Shown piece after piece: positions 27,271-38,943 of a stretch of DNA of 42,893 nt (positions within the stretch are counted from its first letter, which is position 1; every line of letters starts with the position of its first letter). A program made the position numbers and the translations under genes. The stretch covers positions 124,001 to 166,893 of the forward strand of contig RSEE01000121.1 of NCBI GenBank assembly GCA_003971905.1, read 5' to 3'. This DNA is from Moniliella sp. 'wahieum' (taxonomy: Eukaryota). Under the pieces are notes generated by a model. That model ran no database searches. It saw nothing but the letters and a program-made list of their open reading frames with translations, and had not been told where the DNA came from.

Positions 27271-27528
27271 ACTACTAAATTATAATGTGGGGTAAAAGGC
27301 CAATTTTGAGACGATCGAGCGTCTGTGCTGAACATTGCTTTGCATTTCATTTCTGGTTGTGCTTCGGGTGCGTTACGCGCTTACGTCTGCTTTTCGCCCG
27401 CATTTTTTTTTTCTTTTTTTCGCGAGATCCACAGCGAGCAACGCGGCCGAGGCGGGCCCCGCAGACACCACCTCCACACCCCCCCACCACTCCCTTGGCG
27501 CCTCGTCTCGCTTGCCGTCGCGCCCACC

Positions 27529-28161
27529 ATGGTGCGCATCCAACACTGCTACTTCTTCCCACCCCGTCTACCCGGGCCACGGCGTCACGTTCGTGCGCAA
27601 CGACGCCAAGGTGTTTGCCTTCTGCCGCTCCAAGTGCCACAACAACTTCAAGCTGAAGCGCAACCCACGCAAGGTGCGCTGGACCAAGGCCTTCCGCAAG
27701 GCCGCCGGCAAGGAGATGACCGTGGATGCCACGCTTGAGTTTGAGAAGCGGAGAAACGTTCCGGTGCGCTACAACCGCGAGCTGTACGCGGCCACGCTCC
27801 AGGCCATGGGCCGCATTGCCCAGATCAAGGCTCGTCGCCAGAAGGCCTTTTTCCGCGCCCGCATGGCCGCCGCCGGCGCCAACAGCAAGGGCAAGCTCAA
27901 CCGCGACCGGCTTTCCGTTGCCCGCCACGCGCACGTTCGCGACATGCTGGCCAAGCAGAAAGCCCTTCGCCCCGAACTGGAGCAGATCAAAATCAAGGCT
28001 CGCAACGCCCGCGCGGTGCCATCGGCTCTCCAAGCCGGTTCAGGTACCAAAATGTGCGTTTGCATCCTCGTTTCTTTTGGACAGTTACTTTTTCGGCGCC
28101 TGCGATACTAACTCTGCATGTTTTTTGTGGTCTGTATAGGTCGATGGACCTCGACGACTAG
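27529..28161 (+). CDS. RLP24: Ribosome biogenesis protein Rlp24 (eL24-like); intron 28054-28139; small deletion near 27555
   Basis: MVRIQHCYF...[74 protein letters not shown]; last exon SMDLDD*. Confidence 0.95.
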
Positions 28162-28272
28162 GTTGGTTGATGCACATCGTGATCCATGTACTATTACTAC
28201 CGCTCTGCTCATGTCTGGTAGGGTGGTCCCTTTGCCTCCTCCCGCCCGCTTTCTAAACGCATACCCGGCCGG

Positions 28273-29289
28273 CTAGAGAGCCGAGGTCGGGTCGCCAAAC
28301 AGCCTGGTTGCCAGAAGTGTCAGATCGAACCATTCCTTTGTCAGCTGGGATGGGCAAGAGAAGTACTTACGTAGCATACGCCGGTCCTACCTCTTGCAAC
28401 AGGTCGTCGGCCAGCATGGCGCGGCCCAGCCGGCGGAATGCGCCATTGGAGGAGAGGCGGGTGGTAGCGCACGCGCCAAAGGCCGCAGTCAGAGGCAAGT
28501 TGGTTAAGGGGATGGCATCCTTCTTGTCCTTGTGGGAGTCGTAATAAATCCTCGCCCAGGCCATAAACGTGCCCAGTGTGCCAGACAGAATGTCCCCCTG
28601 CCCGCCGGCGCGCTTGAGAGAACCCTTATCGTCGCATTCGGCCACATGGCCAGTGGGGGACATGATCTGGTCCACACGCCCCTTCTGTACGATGGTCGGG
28701 CCGGCCAGGGCGAGGGCGAGCGCCTTGAGCGGATTGTCCTGGTGCGGGTCAATGCCCGTGGCCTGCAGCAGCCGACCAAACTCGACCACGTTGGGCGTCA
28801 AGACGCACTGCGCAAACCCCTTGACCAGACTAGGGTCGTGCTGGATCAACCACAGACCATCTGCATCAATCACTGTCCAGATGCCCTTCTCCCGCGCCAG
28901 CTGCACCGCAATCTTGGCACATGCTTGCATGTGGTCGTCGCGGCCGAGCCCGGGGCCAATGACGACGCTGTGCAAGCGTTCAAAGATGGAACTCAACTCG
29001 GCGCGGATGGTGTCGGCGCTGCTGGTGGGGCGAGAACGCGATGGACAATCAGGTCGGGCGAGTAGGTCTTGATCACGTTGCCTGCATCAGGCTCGCAGAT
29101 GGTGTGGGTCATATCGGCACCGAGACGCATGCTGGACATGGAGGCAAAGTACGGCGCGCCCGTGTAGTCCTTGCTGCCGCCCACAACGCCGACGCGGCCA
29201 GCTTGGCCCTTGTGCAGGGCCTCGCTCAGCGGCGGCACGATCCTCTGCGCGTCGGCCAAGAGGCGTGCACGCGTAGCAGCAGCAGACAT
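28273..29289 (-). CDS. NNR2: ATP-dependent (S)-NAD(P)H-hydrate dehydratase (CARKD/YjeF_C); intron 28304-28370; frameshift near 29000-29030
   Basis: [63 protein letters not shown] and [12 protein letters not shown]. Confidence 0.93.
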
Positions 29290-29528
29290 GGTGGTGGTGG
29301 TGGTGGTGGTGGTGGGGATGGCGAGATGGATGGATGGGTGGATGAAGGATGGTGTCAAGAAGGCTCCTCAGCGCCTCAGCTCGCCTGCTGTTTTATTTGG
29401 CGGTGGGGCGTGGCTGGGCTGGCTGAGGTGCTGCTGCGGCCATGACGTCAGCGCGCCTGGGGCCGTGCACGGCCGTGTTTCATTTTCCCAGCAGAACTCG
29501 TAGTAGCGTCCCACACCACCACTGCGCC

Positions 29529-30589
29529 ATGCGCGCCGCCATCCTCCCATCCGCCTCGGCTGTGGCCCGCGACCAGGCGCAGATTGCGTACGACGTGTAC
29601 GGCGACGTGGCCAGCGGCGTGCCTCTGTTGCTCGTCACCGGCGCCTGCCATCTCAAGAGCGACTGGTTTGCGCTCCCGCGTCTCCTGGCCCAGGCCGGCG
29701 CGCGCCGGCCCGTGGTGGCGCTCGAGACGCGCGGCATGGGCGCGTCGCCGCTGCTGGCTCCCGGCCAGGCCGCGTCCAATCTGACCATGCTCCACTTGGC
29801 CCGCGACGTGGCTGACGTGCTCCGGTCTCTGGGCGTCGCCAGGGCCGATCTGCTCGGCTGGAGCTTGGGCTCCGTCGTGGTCCAGCACCTGCTTCTGGCC
29901 CAGCCACCGCGTTCGGACACGGGCGAGTTCCAGTTCGAAGGCATCACCTTTCCCCATGCCGTCCTGGCCACCTCCTTTGCCTCACCCCTCCTCGTCTCTC
30001 GCCCGCAAGATACGCCGGATCGCCATGCCGCTCGCCCGGAACCGTCTATTTCCAAGCTGCGCGACGACCCTCCCGCCTGGGCCGCCGCCATCGCCCGTGA
30101 GCTGTATCGTCCTGGCTATGCCCATGAATCTTCGTTGCACCACCAACACTTTGTCCGGCGGGAGCGATTCCTTGCGGAAACAATGTGAGTCGATGTGGCT
30201 ACTCCCCTGACCGGCAGGCACAACACTGTGCTAACGAGGCATAGCACTGATATTGTTCTGCTTTATTTTGTTTTGCTTTACCCTGTTTGTTCTCAAGCGC
30301 CCAACGCCCGCTGGAGTTGATCAAGGCCCAGGCCCGTTTGGCTGCAGGTGTCGAGACCGCTGCATCCCTTGCGCGTCTACCACAGGAGGCACAGCGACGC
30401 ATCGCGCTCATCGTCGGCCAAGATGATCTAGTGGTTCCCCCGAGCGCAGCCCAATCGTTGTTGGACGCACTGCCACACGCTGTACGTGTTACGAACCCGG
30501 CGGTGGGAGACGCGTTTGGCCATCTGTGGTGGGATTTTGGGCCTCCCGAGCTGTGGGCAAGCCAAATAGCCGCGTTTTTGGACCGCTAA
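29529..30589 (+). CDS. Alpha/beta-fold hydrolase; intron 30185-30297
   Basis: LLLVTG, ETRGMGAS, nucleophile elbow GWSLG, acid GQDDLVV and catalytic His FGH. GTGAGT..GCTAAC..AAG intron restores the frame. Confidence 0.85.
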
Positions 30590-31890
30590 ATGTGTATGTG
30601 TTGGGGCGGAGGGTGAGGCTGGCCAAGTGCTGAGGTGGATATGGGTTGGATTGGCCGATCGATGAACGAAAATCCAGACTGGTCGATCATTGTTGAGGCT
30701 GATCAAGGAAGGGTTATCAACGACCCTCTTCTGTACACACACCATGTGCCAGATCTACGCACCGGCGCCACACCCGGCGTTGCTGGACCTATTTGAGCCC
30801 TGTCTTCCGTCGCTCCCTCCGCATGCGTCCCCTCCGACCACACCTGCTCCCTCCTGCTCCCCCAACCTGGATCACCACATGATCGGTTACGGTATGCCAC
30901 AGACCCCGTGGTAAAATATATCACCAATGACTGCTTTGATGCTAGAATCCATCCTCCCTGCCGCTTTCACCAACTATATTGGGATTGGGGTGCCAAGGCT
31001 CGTCGCGCCTGGCTCGAAACCCATTGTTTCTGTTTCGTTTTCAACCCTATCATCACCACCTAGATTGATTCCCTCGGTTCGCATTCTCCTTGTTTCGACT
31101 TTACGATATGTCATAGCCCTCCGGATCCGTCGGTGGTATGTATGTGCGTACCACCCGATGACCTGATTCCTATCAGTTAGGTTCTATGCCCGTTCTCATA
31201 TACCCTAAAGCTTGAATGGGGGGGGGTTGGGTCCAGCTGCGTACATCTTCAACGAAACCGAATCTAGTGCCCTGTGATTAGTATCATGGCTACAGTAGTA
31301 GTACCTACTTAGTACTAGCACGCATTCTTTCTGTTCCTCTGTCCTGACACACTACCAACCGCAAAGCAGATCTCCCACCTCCGCTCTGCTTCAATCCCGG
31401 GAAGCATGGCGTACAAACCACTGTCGACCACCCGCACATCCTCGGGCCACCATCATCGCCAACTTGCGTGTAGTAGGATCATCGCGGCGCATATTGATTG
31501 GCATGCACTGTGCAGTTCTGCCAACAGCAATTCCGACGGATGCTGTACCACAGTCACGGCTTCGCGAGAGGGAGACCAAAAGATCTTCTCAGAGAGGGGG
31601 AGAAGATAGAGACCGCTCGTTCGAGGAAGCAAGATGCATCTGGACGGGAACAAGAGCAAAACATGGACACGGAACGCGTTGCGGAGAAGATGAGAGTTAC
31701 TGCAAGGGAAATGATAACGATCATCGAGATCATCGATCATCGTCTCGATCATCAATCATCCATCATTCATCATTCCCGTTGGACCGATCACGTAATCTAG
31801 GCGGTGATTTTCGATTCCCCTCGCTACCGCCTCGATTTTGGGCCCTCCGTTCGCTCACCACCCGCTGGCGCTCCCGCTTTCCCGCTGACG

Positions 31891-34800
31891 ATGACGGCAA
31901 CGACGACGATGGCGACAACGCCGATGGCGATCACGGAAACGACGCCGACTGCAGCTGCCACGCCACTGCATCCCCAAGTCACGGCCTGCGCATCCTTCAC
32001 GCGTCGCAGTTGCTGCCCTGACGTGCACACCACTGCCAGCAGTGGCGCCGACGAGCACGACACCGACACAGACTCGTGCGACGGCGGATGCTGCGCGGGC
32101 GACAAGCTCACCAACGCTGATACTGGCGCACACGGCGTCGCCAACGATTCCTGTGGCGGCTGCTGCGCCGACGAGGACGACCACGATGCCGATTGTGGTG
32201 GTGGTGCGCCAGAGGCCGATACGGAATCGTGCCGTGGCTGCTGTGCCAACGATGGGCATGCGGGCGCTGGCGCTGTCCAGCAAGAAGCCCCCACGAATGC
32301 TTGCGGAAGCGGCTGCTGCGCTGAGCCGGCGCAGGAAACGGGCTGTGCCACCAACGCGGCGCAAGCACCCGTCGTGGCCACGCAAGCTCCGTGCGAGCGC
32401 AGCGCATGCCAGCGTGCCCAGCAGCCAGACGTGTTTGGCGCACGCCCTGGCTGCTGCGACAAGGAATGCATCGAGGAGCTGGTGGAGCGGTCGTGGAGCC
32501 GTGTGTGCTCGGACCAGTGCCGAGCGCGGGGTCGCGCATGCTCGCGTGCGTGCGAGCAGCACCTAACGGATCCCGCGGGCTACCGCGCTCATGCCGCCCG
32601 TCTTTTCCACAAGTACCACTCCATTCTCGACCGTCTCGGTTGCCTCTGCCGCATGACGCGCGAGCGCCAGCAGCTCTCGTGCTGCATCAAGAAGCGCCCG
32701 TCCGACGGCGGGGGGCGCACGCAGCGTTCCAACGCATCGGTTGCCTGCGACAAAAAAGCCTCTTCGCCAGATTGTCAGGACGCTTGCTGCGCCGACGCCT
32801 CGGACCCTTGCGACGACTTGCCAGACATGTGCTGCCCTGGTCCGGCCGAGTCTGGTAGCAAGCTGCGCGACCAGGACGGCGCTGAAGATGGCACCGCCAG
32901 TGCGCGCCCGCATGTGCATGTGGCCTTGGCTGTGCGAGGAATGACGTGCACGGGGTGCGAAGTCAAGTTGCAGCGCAGCCTGGCGGCCCTGCCCGGCGTC
33001 TCGAACGTGCAAACCAGTCTTGTGATGGCCCGCGCGGCGTTTGACATTGATCCCCGGGTGTGCGCCGCGGATGACGCGCGCGCACGCCTCGCTCGTGACA
33101 CTGGCTTTCATATTGACGTGCTGCATGACCCGGCTGCTTCGCGGTTCCTCACGCTCTCCTTCGTGGTGACCGAGCAGCGTGCCCAGGCGCTGCAAGACCA
33201 ACCGCTTCCCTGGGGCGTAAAGGACCTGACCCTCACGTCTTCCACCGAGGTAGCCGTCCTATTTGATCCGGCTCTTGTTGGTGCTCGGGACCTCGCTGAG
33301 ACCCAGTTTGGCCAGCCCCTGGACTTGGCGCCGCTGCCTGCTCCTGTGGCCGTCTCCACGGGGCGCGCACATGTGCGGACGCTGGCATGGTACACCGCGC
33401 TTTCCATCCTGCTCACTGTCCCGGTCCTGGTTCTGTCCTGGGCACCGCTACCGAAAGGCCACGCACGCAAGACCACATACGACTCGATTTGCTTGGGCCT
33501 GGGAACCATCGTGCAGGTTGCCGTTGCAGGCCCGATCTACGTGAGCACGCTCCGCAGTCTTTTCTTCAACCGCGTGATCGAGATGGATTTTCTCGTGGTC
33601 CTGTCTACCACGGCCGCCTGGACCTTGTCGGCTGTCGCGTTTGTGTTTGCGCAGGTGCACCGGCCTCTGAAAACTGGCCAGTTCTTCGAGACGAGTACGC
33701 TGCTGATCACGCTGATCATGCTGGGCCGGCTCATGGCTGCCTGGGCGCGGCAGCGGGCGGTCGAATCAGTTTTGCTACAGCAATTGCAGCCCTCTACGGC
33801 ACTTGTTCGTGTTGCGGACGGACGACCCGGATCATCGACTCGCGTCTATTACAATGGGGGGACACGTTTGTTGTTCGTCCCGACGCCCGTGTCCCGACGG
33901 ACGGCACGGTGATCGAGGGTGTGTCGGAAGTGGATGAATCGATGATGACGGGCGAGTCGGTGCCGGTGCCCAAGACGTGCGGTGCTGTCCTGGTGGCTGG
34001 ATCGATCAATGGACCGGGTGAGTTGGTGGCCAAACTCGACAGTCTTCCCCACACCAACTTTGTCGCGCAAATCTCGAGCTTAGTGGACGAGGCCAAGATG
34101 GACAAGCCTACGCTCCAGCAGTTGGCCGACCAGGTCGCCCGGATTTTTGTGCCCGTCATCTGCACTGTGACTGCCATCACGTTTTCTTGCTCATCTCGGC
34201 GTTGGGATGAACCGTGACCACCATTCGGGCCGCGAGGCTGCCGTCGATGCCATCACGTTTGCCATCGCCACCCTGATCGTTTCGTGTCCGTGTGCGATCG
34301 GTCTAGCGGTACCACTTGCGGTCGTTGTGGGCCTCGGTGTGTGTGCCCGCCACGGTGTGGTCATCAAGCACGCCCAACTCCTCACAGACGCCGCCATTGT
34401 CACCCACATTGTGCTCGACAAGACGGGGACGCTAACGCATGGCCGGCCCCGCGTGGAACGCCGCATTGAAATTCACCCCGTGCACGCCACCGAGACCGAG
34501 GCAGACACACACGTAGACGCAGCTGCGCTGGCGCTCGTGCAGGGGCAGGTCCACCCCGTGTCGCGCGCCCTGGCGGCTGAATTGGCTGACAATGGTGTCA
34601 CTCCGCTCACGGCGGTCGGCCTGCGCGCTCTGCCGGGCAAGGGCATTGAGGCGCGCGTGGATGGCCGCCTGATCCGTGTTGGCCGAGCGGACTGGGCCGG
34701 AGGAGCTGGGGACAAGAATGTGCAGCGCCTGTTGGAAGCTGGTCTGACGGTGGTGTGCGTCGCAGTCAATGGCCAGGCACGCGTGGCCTATGGGCTGCGG

Positions 34801-35399
34801 GATGGCCTGTTTTCCGGCGCGGAGAAGGTAGTGGACGCGCTGGGGACGCAAGGACAAGTGTGGATTGCGAGTGGGGACGCTGAGCAGGCGGTGGCGCGCG
34901 TCGCGGCGGCGGTGGGCGTGCCGGCGACCCGGACGCGCAGCCGCCTCGGCCCGGGCGACAAGCGCGCTCTGGTGCAGTCGCTGCAGCGCTCGGGCGCGCG
35001 GGTGCTGTTTGTGGGGACGGGACGAACGATGCGCCGGCGCTGGCGCAGGCGGATGTGGGCTTGCATGTGGGTGCCGATCGCGCGCATGGCGGCGCGGCGG
35101 TGGAGGGCCAAGTGGCGGCTGGCGCGGCAGGCGCGGTCCTGCTTGCGCGGCACGGAGGCGCCGAGGGCGCGCTGGCCACCCTCCCGCCTTTGCTCGCCAT
35201 CTCGCGCAGCGTGCGTCGCCGCATCCTCGCCAGCTTTGCCTGGTCGGCCGTGTACAATGTGGTGGCTATCCTGTTTGCCTCGGGCGCATTTGCGCGTGCG
35301 CACCTGCCGCCGGCCTATGCCGGCCTCGGCGAGGTGGTCAGTGTCTTGCCCGTCATCGCATTGACGGTGCAGATGCGTTACGTTCGGCACTGGAACTGA
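31891..35399 (+). CDS. PCA1: P1B-type heavy-metal-transporting ATPase, Pca1-like (Cd/Cu); frameshifts near 33820, 34195 and 35015; start uncertain
   Basis: Cys-rich N-terminus, HMA GMTCTGC, FFETSTLLITLIMLGR, VPTDG, VDESMMTGES, CPC, DKTGTLT, HP, YN in TM7 and GEVVS in TM8 (Pca1-type rather than the MxxS of Ccc2/ATP7). Confidence 0.9.
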
Positions 35400-35842
35400 C
35401 TCTGTTCTTTCTCTGACTCCCTTTTCAAACGGCACGGTGCTCTGCTGCGCTCGCACGCGGTGCTGGAGACGTGTGGTTAGCAAGCTTTGATTGTGTCCGT
35501 GCCAGGCTCTTCTAACCCCCCTTGTGCAACTATAGGCCGGCTCTTCCGCGACGAGAGCTTAAGGGTGGGAGAAAGAATAAGTCCTTTTCTTCTCGACGGT
35601 CTCTGTCGGTTGTAGGCAGGACCACATAGCTAATCGAAATTTCTCGTCACAACGTTGCCGCCGATCTCGCCACAGCGTAGTAACTTGATACCGTTAGACT
35701 ATGATTAGAATTGCCACAACCTTGTACAAGAAAAGCTGGCGGCAAGATGGTCGCAAGGTCGAGACAATCTACCCGACAGCTTGGCGCCAGGTTACCCCCC
35801 CTATCCCCCACCTATCCCCGGACAGTCCGCAGCCTTGCTGGC

Positions 35843-35920
35843 AGGCTGGTAGCAAGGCTAGCCACAGATTGCCACCAGGCTGGTGGCAAGACTAGCCACA
35901 GATTTTCACCAGGCTGGCGG
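35843..35920. repeat. 34-bp tandem repeat, about 2.3 copies (AGGCTGGTRGCAAGRCTAGCCACAGATT..CACC)
   Basis: Copies at 35843-35876 and 35877-35910, partial copy from 35911. Confidence 0.8.
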
Positions 35921-36084
35921 CTAGGGTGGTGGCTAGGGTGCCACGATGCTATCAGATCAGGCAGTGGATTATCTTTAAAAGCATGCATTGCCATGGTTGT
36001 TTAGACACAGAGACGTAGAGGAGCGCCAAGGCAACGGCAGGTTGTTCGAGGAGCCTCAGGACGGCGGAGCTTTGCCTTCGTCGT

Positions 36085-36639
36085 TTAATCGCGGACCAAA
36101 AACATCATGGGGACGCCGAGATGATAGGGATAGAAGGGCAAAGATACAAGAGCCATACAACTTGCGGCGTGGGGGCGAAGCGTCATCGCGTTCGAGAGGG
36201 AGAATGAGTCCCGCAACCATACGGCGAACGATGATCTGTGTGCAAGCCTGCACATGTTCCGTGGACGTTTCCGCAGCACTTGAGCGCCTTCTCCAATCAT
36301 CCTGCTTTTAAAGGCGTTGTCAGTATATGGGCGGATAAGGACAAAGCGCAGGTACTGACCTGGCCGGGGAAACCGTCGCCGTCGACCGTCCGCTCGAAGC
36401 GCCCCCGTCGTTGATCTTCAACTCGCCTTCGGGAGGTATGACCGGCATCTTGGCGCGAAGGATATCAGGAAAGGCCGTGCCTCCAGGCGTGGCCGACTCG
36501 GTTCCGGTGGCTGCACATAGGTCAGTCAGTATGACAGGCATCACAGCATGGAAGGCGTGGACATACCGAGGTCAGGCGTGTGCACGGCAGGCGCGCCGGC
36601 CGGGGGGCATATAATGGCAGCGCAACGGGCCGGGCACAT
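36085..36639 (-). CDS. Putative 3-exon orphan gene (about 146 aa); exons 36639-36567, 36510-36360, 36301-36085
   Basis: Two short introns, GTATGT..TACTGAC..CAG and GTCAGT..TACTGAC..CAG; splicing joins three small ORFs in frame. (ACC)n leader upstream. Confidence 0.5.
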
Positions 36640-38943
36640 GGCGCCAGCTCCGGTAGCACAGTGTGTGACCAGCGAGAGAGGGGCGGTGGCGGTGGTGGTG
36701 GTAGTCGAGAGGCGAGCGCATCGGCGCAGCTGCGTGCGGTTATAGGCGCAACCACCGGTGGTCCACCGGTGGTCCACCCGCATGGCGCCAGTGTTGTTGC
36801 CCCCCCACGCCACCGCCAGCTCAAGGCGCCCACCTGCAGCCTGGCCGTTTAATATAGATCTTTTTTACGTTGTGCACTTGAGATAGTCGTGACAGCAGCT
36901 ATAGACAGCATGAATACTCCAGTCCAACTGTCTTGTTGCGAGAGAAGACCACATTCGCACAAGTCGCGGGTAAGAGCGAAGGGAAATTGCCTCTTTACTC
37001 GCTCAACAAAACTAAAAGGCAATCGAGATGGTGTGCCAGCAGCCTCGTGTGCATCGAGCAGTTTGTATCAGGAGACGATGTACATTGGGTCCTTCGGGCG
37101 AGACCGCATTTTCCACCTCATACATGTCCTCGAACTCGTCCATCCGCTCCAAGATGTCACAGTATCCCAATCCCTGGTCGCTCAGGGCGCGATGGTCCAT
37201 GTCACGGGCGGGCGCCGCCAGGGGGCCCGCCCTGGGGTTTTTGGGGTACAATCCCTTAGGCGACGGTAGGTCGACTCACGGTAGTTTCGGGCTTAGGCTG
37301 GCTGGTGAATCCGAGCGTAGCTTGGGACGAGGAGAGGCCTTTGGTGGGGCGGCTGCACGTGTGGCAGGGCTGCGTCTGCACCGGCTTGGGCCGTAGTAAC
37401 GTGTCTGAAGCCTCTGGGACTTAGGGACGGGAGGAGGCAGCGGCGGACAAACACTGCCTTAACTGGGACTGGGAATCGCCGCGACCGAAGGAGGGCTCGC
37501 GCGATTGGACTGACGAGGGGCTGGAGGACGAGGTCGGAGGAGATGTCGGGCGCTAACAAGAGGAGCTGCCTGTACTGGATCAATTGGCTGGAAAACGGGC
37601 AGGAGTTGGACAGGATAGGCGGGAAGGGACGAGGGTGGTGACGTCACAGTTGGTCATGTAGGAAGCTACGCTGCGGTCGAGAGGCACGTGCATTAATAGC
37701 GAGATGAATATTGAATTCTGGCCATCATCTGTTGTCGGGAGGTGTCACGGGCTGCGGCGGACACGAGATGGTCCGACCCAAGCTAAGGCCCGCCTGCTCC
37801 GCACATGCCCAGTAGAGCGTGCTCCGCAGGCCAACCAAGTGTGATGATGGCTGCCATCAACCTGCGGGTTTGGGTGCGTGTCGTAAGAGGCGTAATCCTG
37901 GCGCCGCAACAAAAAGGTCTGGCCCTATGAGCCAAGCTGGATTTGGGTTGGCTGGTCACTAATAGGGTCACTAGGGTACCTAGGGACACTGGACTGTTAC
38001 ATGTTAGGAGCTCTCCCGAAAGGGAACAAAAAGAGCAAAAGGAATCAAATCAAGCTTCAAGTTTCATCAATCAATGATCGACCTGTGAGTATTATAGCGA
38101 TGAACGGTTTGGTTTAAGCGTAGCGTTTCCCTGTCCCAGCCTTAAGCTCTGTCAATGATATCGATGCAATATAGCCCACGCACATACATGAAACTTGGCA
38201 GCTGATGAGAAACAGAGAGCCTGTGTGAACCAAGGTCATTCTGTGGTAGCATTGATGTCATCAAGTGAGGGAGGTCTCCAGAAGAGTGTTGAGAGCACAC
38301 CGAGTGTCGAAGAAGGTGCATGATAACGTCGTTGAATTTCATGCTCCTACAGTTATCTTACCCCTACACAGTTCTATTATAGATCGTATCTCTTCAGTGG
38401 ATTGTAGCGTATGTGTTTTGCAGATACACCAACGGGTCGCCAAAATCGGCCTAATGCTGCGACGCTTTGTTGTATCTGACGCGGTTGTCTCGTTAAGCTT
38501 TAAGGAGGAGTTCACGCACCCCATACTACTACCACTCGCGCTAGTCAGTACCCATCGCAATGGCTTCCTCCCCTTGCCACCCTCCCCCTCAAGCTGGCCT
38601 CAAGCCTCCGCCACGGCTGCAGACCCATGTGAGAATCGCAAACGCCACCATTTAAGATCGAAACAAGATTCATGCGTGTTTGTATCTAGTCGCGACCCTC
38701 GGCCTCTCGGCCCGACTGTAGCAGCGTACCTACGATTTCAGGGCACTTCTCAACCGGTCTCCGAAACACAAAACGAGAACGACAAAAACGCGTATTGACA
38801 ACTGGTGGATGCGTATACTGCTGAGATGATCGATGACACGAAAGGCAGCCTGAGCTGTTGCGGACCAGAAAAGGGGGAACAGTAGACCAGAGTGATGGTT
38901 ACAATCCCTCTTGGTTAAAATCCCTTGTGGCTGATCTGAGCTC

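Noticed and set aside
28273..35399. Detoxification or secondary-metabolite gene cluster (dehydratase, hydrolase, metal ATPase)
   Set aside because: No backbone enzyme or regulator is present, and the functions are unrelated housekeeping or stress roles.
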